From a virus, in the UHGV virus genome UHGV-0208736: a stretch of DNA of 31,562 bases; one strand, 5' to 3'. Positions 1 through 8,668 of the stretch are shown here, one piece after another; within the stretch, counting starts at the first letter, position 1, and each line of letters starts with the position of its first letter. The notes beneath the pieces were generated by a model that was given only the letters and a program-made list of their open reading frames with translations, did not search any database and was not told where the DNA came from. A program made the position numbers and the translations under genes.

Positions 1-2238
1 ATGTCAAGCGGATGTGGTGACGTTTTAAGCCTGGCGGATTTACAAACCGCCAAGAAGCACCAGATTTTCGAAGCCGAGGTTATCACCGGTAAATCCGGGG
101 GGGTCGCAGGCGGGGCTAATATCGATTATGCGACTAATCAGGCTACTGGACAGACACAGAAGACACTCCCTGCGGTGTTGCGGGACGCCGGGTTTACCCC
201 ATCATCATGGGATTTTTCAACCGGCGGTACGTTGACAACCGACGACCGTAATAAAGTAGTATACGACTCGGTAAGTATGACATGGTATTCGTACGCCGGT
301 GGGCTTCCGGTTACCGTTCCGGCAGGATTTGATCCAACGGGTGATGCTAACTGGAAGCCCGAGGCGGGGGTTACCGTAAAAGACTGGGCTAATTCTGTAT
401 TCCGAAAAATCCAGCTGATAAAAGCTGGTGGAAGCTTTCAGACGGGGGGAACCGCCACCGCCGGGGTATCCGCGTTACTTAATACGGCGGATGGATACTA
501 CTATACGCCGAGGTCTGGCGCGGTAACCGTCCCTGCTGGTAGCTCCCCCGATGAAGGATGGGAATGCGTTGGGTTAATGGCTGGGTTTGAAATTGATGAT
601 TTACGGAATTGGGGTGAGGTTGTACCAGGCCAGGATATCATGCCTCTTCTGAAAACCGCATACGGATTAACCCCTAATAAAATAACCATTCCGCCGGGGG
701 AGCATAGAATTATCCTCACAGATACTCTGGACCCTGTCAGGAATGAAACATATCCTATGGGGCTGAGAATGACCCGTCAAAATATAGACATCGAATTTTC
801 TGCCGGTGCGTCTTTAAAAATGGATGCGGTAGATTCTGAGCGATACGTAATCATAGATGCGTATTACGCCCATAACTCAAAAATAAGTAAACCGGTTATT
901 ATAGGTGATGTTGAGACCCACCCCGGAAGCACTGGTGAGTGGGGCTGTGGCATCCGCAACTTCAACAGTAGCAATCTTGTGATTGATTCGCCAAACATCA
1001 GTTATTGTTGGGGTGACGGTATCCTTTGGTTCATTACCGACGACCAACAGTACGGGGGTGCAATCACAGGTACTGGGGTATACACCCGCTGCCGTAGGCA
1101 GGGTATAAGTGTTATCTCATGTCGTGGTTTATATATTGAGGATAGTGTAGGGGTTAATATTCAAGGGGCTTCGGCGGGTCCGTGGGCTACTATTGACGTG
1201 GAGCCCGACGTATCTTCTGAGTTTATCATTGACTTAGTAATAGGCTCTGTACGTGGTGTTAATAACGCGGGACCCGCACTCCTGTTTGCGGTACACCAGC
1301 TTACCGGTGCGTCACAGCCCGTGAACATTACCGTAGGGTCCGTATCATCTATTGGATGCCAACGCTGTATAGAAATCCGTGGCGACGGAGGCGTGTCCGG
1401 AACCATTACTGTTGACTCTGTATTCGGTCGCAATAGTAAAGCTCAGGAATTACAGACTGTTAAGTGGCGAGATGACTGTAAGTTCCATATTCGTAATATG
1501 ACTAGTTTGAACTGTAATCAGAATGGCGATACTTCATCTCCGTACGGTGTTGCTGTAGGTATTTACAATAACTATGCTGGTGGCACCGCCGGCGGTATTA
1601 CGATTGAGAACCTGAACATAATTAATCGCACGACGACGCTAACACACCCTATCGCCATTACCAACACTATAGCAGGTAATGTGGGTAGCTATACCTTCAA
1701 TAACATTACATATGACCGCAGCAAGTTTACCTATCCTGAGGTTCATAACCCAGCCGCCGCGGGTATCCGTACAAACTCAAAAATTTATCAGGAGTTCACT
1801 TCTTCCGGAACTGTTACTAACTCGCGCTGGTGTAATGAGGTGCGTAACACTAACGCTACATCGGCTATAGCAGTTACTATACAATCTGGGTATGGTACAG
1901 ATGAAATGCAATTTACCTGCTACAACACATCAGGTAATCAGATGAATTTCATCTTTGCGGATATGTTGGAGGCGCGCACTACCGAAGTTCGTAGCACTGC
2001 CGCCGGGAAGATGATTTGCAAGAAGCTATTAAATACTTGGAGTATCGATACCGTGCGAGGCGAGTTCTTTAGCGCAAACGGCACCGGACGCTTCAGTTAC
2101 GGGCTAAACGAAGGCGGCACTACTGCTAACCGGCCTAGCCAGCCTTACGCATGGCAGAAGTATTTCGATACTACTCTCGGCTATGAAGTTATCTACCGTG
2201 GTGATACCTTTGCTTGGGTTAAGGCTTCTGGCGCTTAA
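1..2238 (+). CDS. tailspike / tail fibre protein with predicted right-handed beta-helix (pectin-lyase-like) receptor-degrading domain; N-terminus may continue upstream of the window
   Basis: 745-aa ORF beginning at window position 1; Gly/Asn/Ser/Thr-rich repetitive rungs typical of beta-helix (NLVIDSPNISYCWGDGILWF, GISVISCRGLYIEDSVGVNIQGAS, ITIENLNIINRT); stop TAA 2236-2238 followed by hairpin terminator. Confidence 0.55.
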   Translation: MSSGCGDVLSLADLQTAKKHQIFEAEVITGKSGGVAGGANIDYATNQATGQTQKTLPAVLRDAGFTPSSWDFSTGGTLTTDDRNKVVYDSVSMTWYSYAGGLPVTVPAGFDPTGDANWKPEAGVTVKDWANSVFRKIQLIKAGGSFQTGGTATAGVSALLNTADGYYYTPRSGAVTVPAGSSPDEGWECVGLMAGFEIDDLRNWGEVVPGQDIMPLLKTAYGLTPNKITIPPGEHRIILTDTLDPVRNETYPMGLRMTRQNIDIEFSAGASLKMDAVDSERYVIIDAYYAHNSKISKPVIIGDVETHPGSTGEWGCGIRNFNSSNLVIDSPNISYCWGDGILWFITDDQQYGGAITGTGVYTRCRRQGISVISCRGLYIEDSVGVNIQGASAGPWATIDVEPDVSSEFIIDLVIGSVRGVNNAGPALLFAVHQLTGASQPVNITVGSVSSIGCQRCIEIRGDGGVSGTITVDSVFGRNSKAQELQTVKWRDDCKFHIRNMTSLNCNQNGDTSSPYGVAVGIYNNYAGGTAGGITIENLNIINRTTTLTHPIAITNTIAGNVGSYTFNNITYDRSKFTYPEVHNPAAAGIRTNSKIYQEFTSSGTVTNSRWCNEVRNTNATSAIAVTIQSGYGTDEMQFTCYNTSGNQMNFIFADMLEARTTEVRSTAAGKMICKKLLNTWSIDTVRGEFFSANGTGRFSYGLNEGGTTANRPSQPYAWQKYFDTTLGYEVIYRGDTFAWVKASGA

Positions 2239-2244
2239 AACTAA

Positions 2245-2268
2245 GGCCCCAAACGGGGCCCTTTCTCT
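2245..2268. terminator. bidirectional rho-independent terminator between convergent tailspike and minus-strand replication operon
   Basis: GGCCCC-AAAC-GGGGCC hairpin (2245-2260) followed by CTTTCTCT on plus strand; on the minus strand the same hairpin follows the TAG stop of the small ORF ending at 2267. Confidence 0.6.
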
Positions 2269-2404
2269 ACTCTTCTGATAACTTCTCCAGTACAAACGCC
2301 AGTTGCGCATTAGCCGCGTCTCTTCGCTGGCGTAGTCGTAGAACCTCTTCTTCGAGTTCCTTGATACGTTTTTGCAATGCCGGAATCGGGGCTATGATGT
2401 TCAT
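2267..2404 (-). CDS. unannotated 45-aa coiled-coil / leucine-zipper-like peptide (MNIIAPIPALQKRIKELEEEVLRLRQRRDAANAQLAFVLEKLSEE)
   Basis: ATG 2404-2402 overlaps the TGA stop of the upstream TOPRIM gene (ATGA); GAGGA-type SD about 10 nt upstream; heptad-like hydrophobic spacing; ends at TAG abutting the terminator; below the 60-aa cutoff of the ORF track. Confidence 0.35.
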   Translation of the reverse strand: MNIIAPIPALQKRIKELEEEVLRLRQRRDAANAQLAFVLEKLSEE

Positions 2405-2916
2405 CTGGTAAATTTCCTCGCAAGATACGTTATTTCTTCTTCACAAAGTTCATCAAGGTCGTTAGATACAAATCCTCTGGTGAATGTTTTGCTGAACTTT
2501 AATCCGGCTTTATCATTGTCACCAGCGCACACCCATTCATACGGCAAAAGTGACATTTGCTGCCGTAAATCGGCGGGTATATTCGACCCAAGTGCGCTTA
2601 CAGCATTGAACCCGCAATTCATCAAAGCAACAGCTTTAAATATGCTTTCGGTAACAAATACGGTCCCGCTTTCCGGAAGGTATTCCAACCCCCATAAACA
2701 AGGTCTTGTTGTTCTGGTGAAGTACCGCGCGTCTTTAGGGTTTTTACAGTTCTTTTCAGCATGTGGCTTGTAATGCTGGTATCCGCGTAGCCTACCGTCA
2801 AAGCCCCACAAGTAGAATGTAGCAACGCCAGGGGCTAAGACTACCCGGAGACGGTCGGCGTCAAACCCACGCGCCAGCAGATGAGCTTTAAGTAGAAACT
2901 CTTCGAAATCCATCAT
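2401..2916 (-). CDS. TOPRIM-domain protein (DnaG-like primase catalytic core fragment)
   Basis: 171 aa; conserved Glu in VFVTESIFKA and DxD in WVCAGDNDKAG match the TOPRIM signature; start ATGATG overlaps helicase stop (ATGA). Confidence 0.5.
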   Translation of the reverse strand: MMDFEEFLLKAHLLARGFDADRLRVVLAPGVATFYLWGFDGRLRGYQHYKPHAEKNCKNPKDARYFTRTTRPCLWGLEYLPESGTVFVTESIFKAVALMNCGFNAVSALGSNIPADLRQQMSLLPYEWVCAGDNDKAGLKFSKTFTRGFVSNDLDELCEEEITYLARKFTR

Positions 2917-4337
2917 TTCTTACCTCGTCTCTTCATGTAATTAAGCAATTCTTCCTGTACCGATTTCTTCTCGTCTGTACGCGCGGCAACAACCTCGTCC
3001 AGCGTGTCTTTAGCAACGATGTGATAGAGGAATACCGGGCGTTCGTGGCCTGCCTGCTTCTGGCGGACCGGGCCTATACGCTCGACAACCTGCAAATAGT
3101 GCTCAAGGTTCCAGCCTTGCGAAATAAACGCCAGATGGTGACCGCCGTCCTGTAAATTCAAACCATGCCCGGCTGACGCAGGATGCACGCATAAGATTTC
3201 GATTTCGCCTCGGTTCCACGCCTCCATCTGCTTATTACCCTTCGCACCTTTAGAAAATGCCTGTGCCTGAGGGAATCGCTTAAGGATGCGTTCCAGTTCG
3301 TGCTTAAACTGATAGGCCACCAGTAACGGCGCACCCTGTAACTCCTCGACAATGGATTCCAGCGCATCCAGTTTCGTGTCATGAACTTTCTCCCAGTCTT
3401 TTGTTGCTTCGCCGTCCGGCCCTGATATGTACACTGCGCCGGATGCAATCTGCAAGCACTTCGACGTCTTCGCCGCTGCGTTAGCTGCTTCAACTTCTCC
3501 GCTTTCCAGCTCCGCGAATAGCTTCTCTTCCATGTCGATGTACGCCTGACGTGCTTTTTTCGGCAGGTCAATTTCAACCGGCACGATAATCGGCGCTTCA
3601 CACCCAAACCACTCGGCGGCGTCAATCGTGAGGCTGATGTCTTTCATCTTCTGGTGAATTTCGTTATCGGCGCCCGGGCGTGCGTGATACTCGCGGGCCA
3701 TCGCCGACTTACCTTTCTGTACAGAGTTAAACCATCGGTCGGTGAATGCCGTGTACGAAGAGCCGAGGCGCTCGCCTGCATCGATAAACCAGTTCTGACC
3801 CCACAAGTCCTTGAGGCCGTTTGGTGATGGCGTACCCGTCAGGTTAATGAAGCGCTTAACCTTTCCGAACGCCACTTTGCTAAGCGCCTTTGCCCTCTTG
3901 CTACCACCAGAACGGCTACGGAACGATTTCAGCTTCGTGCTTTCATCGGCAACGATAACAGTAAAAGGCCAGTCGTCTTTGCCGTAGTAGTCAATCAGCC
4001 ACTCGATAACTTCGTAGTTTGTACACACCACGTTAGCGTCTGACTCCAGCGCCGCGATACGGCGCTTCTCTGAACCTGTCGCATCGACGACGCTCAGACA
4101 TGGGAATTGCCATTTCTCTTGTTCCGCGGGCCATGTACCCGATGCAACGCGCAACGGGGCGAGGATTAACACCCGGTCCTCTTCCGTAAGCTGCCCGTTG
4201 CGGAACAGGCGGTTTAGAACCCACATTGTCGACGAGGTCTTGCCGCCGCCCATACCGCACCATATATTGCAACGTGGGTGCTGTAACATAAACGACGTCA
4301 TTATTTTCTGATATTCCCTGCGCCTAAACTTACTCAT
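2913..4337 (-). CDS. ATP-dependent DNA helicase, superfamily 2 (SNF2/DEAD-like)
   Basis: 474 aa; Walker A GMGGGKTS, DExx-like box IVADESTKL; start ATG overlaps stop of upstream HNH gene (ATGA); SD GGGGAG upstream. Confidence 0.7.
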   Translation of the reverse strand: MSKFRRREYQKIMTSFMLQHPRCNIWCGMGGGKTSSTMWVLNRLFRNGQLTEEDRVLILAPLRVASGTWPAEQEKWQFPCLSVVDATGSEKRRIAALESDANVVCTNYEVIEWLIDYYGKDDWPFTVIVADESTKLKSFRSRSGGSKRAKALSKVAFGKVKRFINLTGTPSPNGLKDLWGQNWFIDAGERLGSSYTAFTDRWFNSVQKGKSAMAREYHARPGADNEIHQKMKDISLTIDAAEWFGCEAPIIVPVEIDLPKKARQAYIDMEEKLFAELESGEVEAANAAAKTSKCLQIASGAVYISGPDGEATKDWEKVHDTKLDALESIVEELQGAPLLVAYQFKHELERILKRFPQAQAFSKGAKGNKQMEAWNRGEIEILCVHPASAGHGLNLQDGGHHLAFISQGWNLEHYLQVVERIGPVRQKQAGHERPVFLYHIVAKDTLDEVVAARTDEKKSVQEELLNYMKRRGKK

Positions 4338-4831
4338 GCCTTGAACTCCCCGAAGTATATTTCCGCGGCTCTTTGGTATACGCGCGACGCTTCTTCTATA
4401 GTGTCAAAATAGCCAAGGTGGATGTATTTGTTATTGACGCCTATTCTGGCGCGCCACCTGCCAGAGGGTATTTGGTAGACCCCTATCGCACCGCTAGTGT
4501 TATGTGGTGAGCAGTCTCGGTTCTGAATCTGCTGGCTCCTGGTTGCTGGCCTTATATTATTTATGGCGTTATTAGCCCTGTTACGGTCTTTATGGTCAAG
4601 CTCACCATTATGATATTCTCCGTAGACGAAAGCCCATGCCAGATGGTGGGCTTTTATTCTTACACCGGAGACCGTAATAACTATGTATCCTTTGTCGTTT
4701 GGTCCCCCGGCTACCTCCCCCGCATTTCTACCTTTTATGCTTACTTTCCGTGTAAATATGCCTGTTTCGGGGTCATAGTTAAGAAGACGTTTCGCCTCCT
4801 CAATATCAGGCCTTCTAGTTAATTTACTCAT
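4334..4831 (-). CDS. HNH homing endonuclease with AP2-type DNA-binding domain
   Basis: 165 aa; HNH core HHLAWAFVYGEYHNGELDHKDRNRANNAINNIRPAT; AP2-like GVYQIPSGRWRARIGVNNKYIHLGYFDTIEEASRVY; ATGA overlaps on both sides. Confidence 0.8.
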   Translation of the reverse strand: MSKLTRRPDIEEAKRLLNYDPETGIFTRKVSIKGRNAGEVAGGPNDKGYIVITVSGVRIKAHHLAWAFVYGEYHNGELDHKDRNRANNAINNIRPATRSQQIQNRDCSPHNTSGAIGVYQIPSGRWRARIGVNNKYIHLGYFDTIEEASRVYQRAAEIYFGEFKA

Positions 4832-5019
4832 TTCAACACCAGTACCAGCTCTTTACGTCCAAACGCCGTAACGTTACCTGTTACATCTTCGATAACCAGT
4901 TTACCGTTCGACTCTACGAACACCGTATCAACAGCAACAGGCTGGCGGGTTTTAACATTGAAAATCATGTCGCCAGGTACGATGTCACGTGCTGGTTTGC
5001 GGTCATATTCATGTTTCAT
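4828..5019 (-). CDS. hypothetical protein (63 aa), first gene downstream of promoter P1
   Basis: ORF with AAGGAA SD 7 nt upstream of ATG at 5019; stop overlaps HNH start. Confidence 0.5.
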   Translation of the reverse strand: MKHEYDRKPARDIVPGDMIFNVKTRQPVAVDTVFVESNGKLVIEDVTGNVTAFGRKELVLVLK

Positions 5020-5049
5020 TTCTCAATTCCTTATATTGTTGGTGTAGGA

Positions 5050-5334
5050 TTAACTATAATAGTTAGCTATTAGGTCGTCAACCTGTTTAAACGAACCAAC
5101 GACAAAAACATTTGCGCCACGTTTACGCATACGCTCGTGTTCTCGTAACTGGTGCGGGTCAGGTTTCGTGTTTTCGTCTTTCTTCACCTCTACGAACCAG
5201 ACGGTGCCGCCGGGGAGAATTACCAGCAGGTCGGGGGCGCCGGAACGCCCCTCGTACGAAAGTTTACGAACGAGGCCGCCCAGGGCCTCGAATCGCTCTT
5301 TTGCGTATTTCTGTACGCGTCCCTCTTTAGTCAT
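5050..5334 (-). CDS. VRR-NUC domain nuclease (PD-(D/E)xK superfamily)
   Basis: 94 aa; PDLLVI...VWFVEVKK...PHQLREHERMRKRGANVFVV matches VRR-NUC D...E-x-K pattern. Confidence 0.7.
   Translation of the reverse strand: MTKEGRVQKYAKERFEALGGLVRKLSYEGRSGAPDLLVILPGGTVWFVEVKKDENTKPDPHQLREHERMRKRGANVFVVGSFKQVDDLIANYYS
5053..5081 (-). promoter_or_regulatory. sigma70-type promoter P1 (minus strand): -35 TTGACG, 17-nt spacer, -10 TATAGT; contains 20-bp conserved core AACTATAATAGTTAGCTATT (plus 5052-5071)
   Basis: Reverse complement reads TTGACG-N17-TATAGT; the 20-bp core is identical to 11861-11880 and near-identical to 9362-9381; lies at the 3' end of the VRR-NUC gene immediately upstream of gene 4828..5019. 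Confidence 0.5.
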
Positions 5335-5483
5335 GGCCGCAGAATCCAGGTAATGAAAGCCCCGCCCAGAAGGGCAACACCGACAAACTTAAAGAACAGG
5401 CTATAACAGAACACCGCGGCTATTCCTGCACCGAGTAGCAGTGCCAGCATGGTTACTGTCGTCCAAAATACAAACATTGTCAT
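5331..5483 (-). CDS. unannotated 50-aa hydrophobic (membrane) peptide
   Basis: MTMFVFWTTVTMLALLLGAGIAAVFCYSLFFKFVGVALLGGAFITWILRP; ATGA overlap with upstream ORF stop and with VRR-NUC start; GGAG 10 nt upstream; below track cutoff. Confidence 0.4.
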   Translation of the reverse strand: MTMFVFWTTVTMLALLLGAGIAAVFCYSLFFKFVGVALLGGAFITWILRP

Positions 5484-5674
5484 AATAAAGGCTCCGCGTC
5501 CGGGTTACGCAGGAAGTACGCTTGGTAGATGTCGTGCTCCGTGTAGTAAACACCTTTGTGCGTACACCCGGCGCACGCATCGCTAAAGAACCCATCACCC
5601 ATTACCATGATAAATTCCCATTCCGGCATATCCACCAACGCAGCCAGTTTCTTACTAAATTGTTTGTTACTCAT
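5480..5674 (-). CDS. hypothetical protein (64 aa from ATG 5674; the track start at 5683 is GTG)
   Basis: MSNKQFSKKLAALVDMPEWEF...; GAGGGG SD upstream; ATGA overlaps at both ends. Confidence 0.45.
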   Translation of the reverse strand: MSNKQFSKKLAALVDMPEWEFIMVMGDGFFSDACAGCTHKGVYYTEHDIYQAYFLRNPDAEPLL

Positions 5675-5760
5675 AATACGCACCCCTCGCGTTTCGTATG
5701 TTCAATCCCGCAGCGCGGACAGATTCGGCAGTCTTCTTCATAGAACCAGTAAATTTTCAT
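5671..5760 (-). CDS. unannotated 29-aa Cys-rich peptide, possible zinc ribbon (MKIYWFYEEDCRICPRCGIEHTKREGCVL)
   Basis: CxxCxxC...C spacing; ATG overlaps upstream stop (ATGA) and its TGA overlaps the next ATG; weak SD so translation would rely on coupling. Confidence 0.3.
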   Translation of the reverse strand: MKIYWFYEEDCRICPRCGIEHTKREGCVL

Positions 5761-5888
5761 TCCAGCACCCACAGATAAATTGCGATAAACATGCCAAATA
5801 CGGCAACCATCATGCCGTATTGACCCTCGTGACAGTAGACACCGGCGGCGAATCCAGCCAGTACTGCGATAATCAGTTTACTTAGCAT
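5757..5888 (-). CDS. unannotated 43-aa hydrophobic (membrane) peptide
   Basis: MLSKLIIAVLAGFAAGVYCHEGQYGMMVAVFGMFIAIYLWVLE; ATG at 5888 lies 8 nt inside the 3' end of the DNA polymerase gene with AGAGGT SD 7 nt upstream. Confidence 0.35.
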   Translation of the reverse strand: MLSKLIIAVLAGFAAGVYCHEGQYGMMVAVFGMFIAIYLWVLE

Positions 5889-8148
5889 AACGGTACACCT
5901 CTTCCCCGGCCCATGTTAGTGGGAACCCTTTGGCCCATTCAGGTAATGAGCATAACAGGTCGCCCATCTCTTTAACCGTGTACTCCGGTGTGTCTGGTGT
6001 TTCGGCGACACACTCATCGTGTACGTGAAGTACAATTGGGTAGCCCGCTGCCTCGACCGTCAGGAGTCCGTTGACCAGTAAATCACGGCACAACGCTTGA
6101 ATGATGTTTTCACACAATTTTCCGCCGTGTGTGTACAAAGTCGTCCACTGGCGGGTGGTCTGATTTTCGCCCTGGTATTTAATGCGAACGTTAGTTGTTA
6201 CGCGCCCATCCTCGTCGGTCTCTTTAGTGACGCTTAAACCTATACCAGGGTAGGACATGATGCGCCCAGACGGCAGTTCCACACACAACCACCAACCCGG
6301 CACAAAGTTACCCTGTCTGTCTTTCTCTTTAGTACGCCAGATGCGAATAGCCCTGTCGCCGTTAAGGCGTACTCTGGCCCCCGCCCAAAACTCTCGTCCC
6401 GGATTTCTGATTGCAGCAATCACCGAATCCTTAAGGTCGTTCCAGAATCTCACTGTTTCCGGATGGGCCTCGCGCCACATGCGCTTGATAGCGTCGCAAG
6501 TGCGCCAGACTTCCTTAGGCAACACGTAAGAGGCCCGTTCGTCCTTTTTACCAGGTTTTGGCGGCCGCTTAGCCTCCTGAATCCGCGCCCATTCATAGCC
6601 TCGGGCAGTGGCGGCCCATATATGGTCAGGGAATGTCCCCCGCATTGTCTCCGTCATTTTAAAGAGGTCCAGCCCATAAGTTTTAGCCATAGTCATGAAG
6701 GCCCCTACACCTCCCTCGTAGCCGAGGCCCAGCTCGCAACATTTCCCGACCTGTCGTAGGTCTTTACGGGTGGCTTTCAGCTCTATAGGATCCATGCCAA
6801 ACATCTTGCCCGCAGTGGCGCAATAAATATCAATCCCCGCGCGGAACGTCTCAAGGGCAGATGTCTCCCCCGCCGTCCAGGCTAACCCACGGCCTTCCAC
6901 GTTCGAGTAGTCGGCAACGAGTAACTTATTACCTTTTTCCGGGATGATGCAGCTGCGGACAGTCGAGGCCGTTAGCTTAGATACATCAAAACGGCGATGC
7001 GCCCGGCCCTTTAAAAGCAAATTGATGCCGAAGGATAGCGGGTTAAGCCTGCGGTTCCAGTCTTCGTCGGACTCCCACGGCTGGCGTACGAGTTTCTTTT
7101 CCTCGTTAGTCGGGTCGTCGTGGTAGTACCCACGCGACAGGTTCTGCGGCTGGAACCCTTTGCCCGCAAATCGTAAAGTGCGCTTTGCCCCACCGTACTG
7201 GATGCAACCACGGCGTCGTCCGTCTTTGGACCGTCCTAGCAGGAGCGGTTTATATTTTGTTGACGCCGTGGAGGCCGCGCCGAGGCGCATCTCAATGATT
7301 GTGCGCGCATCGTTAGGTAAGTCGTCGTCCTCTAGCAAACCTTCGAGCGTTGCTTTCTGCGCATTATAAATATTGTAGGCCGGTGCCAGTTCCCGAAGGA
7401 TTGGCAGGAAGTCTTTGCCCGTTAGCTTCCCGCCAAATTTCGCGCGGGCCTCGTTTTTTAGCTCTTGCTTGTGACGTTCAACTGCCGCGACCGCCGCCTC
7501 AGCAAGAGCCGTATCGACAAAGAAGCCTCGGTCGTTGATTAGCTGGTCCAGTTCCAGTACACGGTCTTCGAACTCAGAGTTACCCCAACGCGGCAGCTTA
7601 TGGAAGACCTCACGCATTGCAGTGATGTCGCTTACGGCGTACTTGATGAACAGCGCCCACTCGTCCGGGTGTGTTTCCGCGGTGTAGCGACGGATTTTGT
7701 AGTTCTTCGGCGTCGGTTTAGAGAAACGCTGAATCAGCGCCTTGCCCCGCTTATCTTTCGCGTTGTCCGCAGATACTCCCAGCACTTCGCATAATGCATC
7801 GAGTGAACCCGGCAGCGCGTGGCGAAACGCCCAAATCATCGTATCAATGGTGTTGCTTACCGGAATATCAAAACCCCAGCAGTGCTTCATGATGAGCCTA
7901 TCGAACATTAAAAAGTTATGGCCCACGATTTTCATACGTCCGCGCATAACATTACGGAGCGCCATGCGTAGGCTTATTGGCATTACTGGTTCGGAAGTGC
8001 AATCCCATACTTCTACTGGACCATCATCAACGGCATACGTACAAATTATAACCTCTGTCGTTGGGTGCTCCGCATACGCATACGACCCGACTTTCTTTAA
8101 GTCTGCTTCGGAGAATGTCTCGGTATCCAGGTATAATAAACTAGTCAT
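5878..8148 (-). CDS. DNA polymerase, family A, with N-terminal 3'-5' exonuclease domain
   Basis: 756 aa; Exo I motif YLDTETFS; polymerase motif A LLVADYSNVEGR; motif C VLHVHDECV; AAGGAA SD upstream of ATG 8148. Confidence 0.85.
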   Translation of the reverse strand: MTSLLYLDTETFSEADLKKVGSYAYAEHPTTEVIICTYAVDDGPVEVWDCTSEPVMPISLRMALRNVMRGRMKIVGHNFLMFDRLIMKHCWGFDIPVSNTIDTMIWAFRHALPGSLDALCEVLGVSADNAKDKRGKALIQRFSKPTPKNYKIRRYTAETHPDEWALFIKYAVSDITAMREVFHKLPRWGNSEFEDRVLELDQLINDRGFFVDTALAEAAVAAVERHKQELKNEARAKFGGKLTGKDFLPILRELAPAYNIYNAQKATLEGLLEDDDLPNDARTIIEMRLGAASTASTKYKPLLLGRSKDGRRRGCIQYGGAKRTLRFAGKGFQPQNLSRGYYHDDPTNEEKKLVRQPWESDEDWNRRLNPLSFGINLLLKGRAHRRFDVSKLTASTVRSCIIPEKGNKLLVADYSNVEGRGLAWTAGETSALETFRAGIDIYCATAGKMFGMDPIELKATRKDLRQVGKCCELGLGYEGGVGAFMTMAKTYGLDLFKMTETMRGTFPDHIWAATARGYEWARIQEAKRPPKPGKKDERASYVLPKEVWRTCDAIKRMWREAHPETVRFWNDLKDSVIAAIRNPGREFWAGARVRLNGDRAIRIWRTKEKDRQGNFVPGWWLCVELPSGRIMSYPGIGLSVTKETDEDGRVTTNVRIKYQGENQTTRQWTTLYTHGGKLCENIIQALCRDLLVNGLLTVEAAGYPIVLHVHDECVAETPDTPEYTVKEMGDLLCSLPEWAKGFPLTWAGEEVYRYAK

Positions 8149-8614
8149 GGCAATAAAATTCCTTATGCAGTTTTTCTCTTAATTTCTTTACCGCGCTTTC
8201 TGCTTCTTCAAGAGTTCCGTAGCTACCAGCATTGTAACTTTTGTAGTTAAAGTGTACCCGCCCATAAAATCGGTTGCCGTTTTTAACTACTCCCTTAACT
8301 CCCGTTCTAGCTCCCTTATTTTTAGCGTTTCGCACATTATCTGCGGTGGTTGCTTTCCTTAGGTTAGAAATCCTATTGTCTAACCTGTCTCGGTTTATGT
8401 GGTCAAGAGGTCCCTCGGGCCATTCACCGTACTCGAAAAACCAAGCAAGCCTGTGGGCCATGTAATATCTGCCCATATAAGGTATTCGCCAGTATCCACT
8501 ACTATTGATGCATCCTGCGATGTCTCCAGGTTTTCCTCGTCTGTACGTAGGTTGTATCCATGTGAATATCCCGGTTTCTCGGTTATAGCTAAGAAAATCT
8601 TTTATATGTTCCAT
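8141..8614 (-). CDS. HNH homing endonuclease with AP2-type domain (start taken at ATG 8614; the track start at 8638 is TTG)
   Basis: HNH core MAHRLAWFFEYGEWPEGPLDHINRDRLDNRISNLR; AP2-like GVKGVVKNGNRFYGRVHFNYKSYNAGSYGTLEEAESA; AT-rich relative to neighbours; stop overlaps polymerase start by 8 nt. Confidence 0.75.
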   Translation of the reverse strand: MEHIKDFLSYNRETGIFTWIQPTYRRGKPGDIAGCINSSGYWRIPYMGRYYMAHRLAWFFEYGEWPEGPLDHINRDRLDNRISNLRKATTADNVRNAKNKGARTGVKGVVKNGNRFYGRVHFNYKSYNAGSYGTLEEAESAVKKLREKLHKEFYCHD

Positions 8615-8626
8615 TCTGACTCCGGT

Positions 8627-8649
8627 AAAAAGGCCCAATGAAGGGCCTT
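8627..8649 (-). terminator. rho-independent terminator on minus strand after the SSB-like gene
   Basis: Minus-strand RNA: AAGGCCC-UUCAUU-GGGCCUU followed by UUUACC; 20 nt downstream of the TAA at 8669-8671. Confidence 0.45.
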
Positions 8650-8668
8650 AGTTAAATTGATTCATATA

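Noticed and set aside
2104-2310. 68-aa minus-strand ORF spanning the tailspike 3' end and the terminator
   Set aside because: It runs through the terminator hairpin and overlaps the tailspike coding region antisense. The real minus-strand gene here is the 45-codon ORF 2267-2404 coupled to the TOPRIM gene.
3158-3625. 155-aa Arg-rich ORF overlapping the helicase gene in another frame
   Set aside because: Same strand but alternate frame of a gene with clear helicase motifs, with an extreme Arg/Ser composition typical of off-frame translation. No independent start signal.
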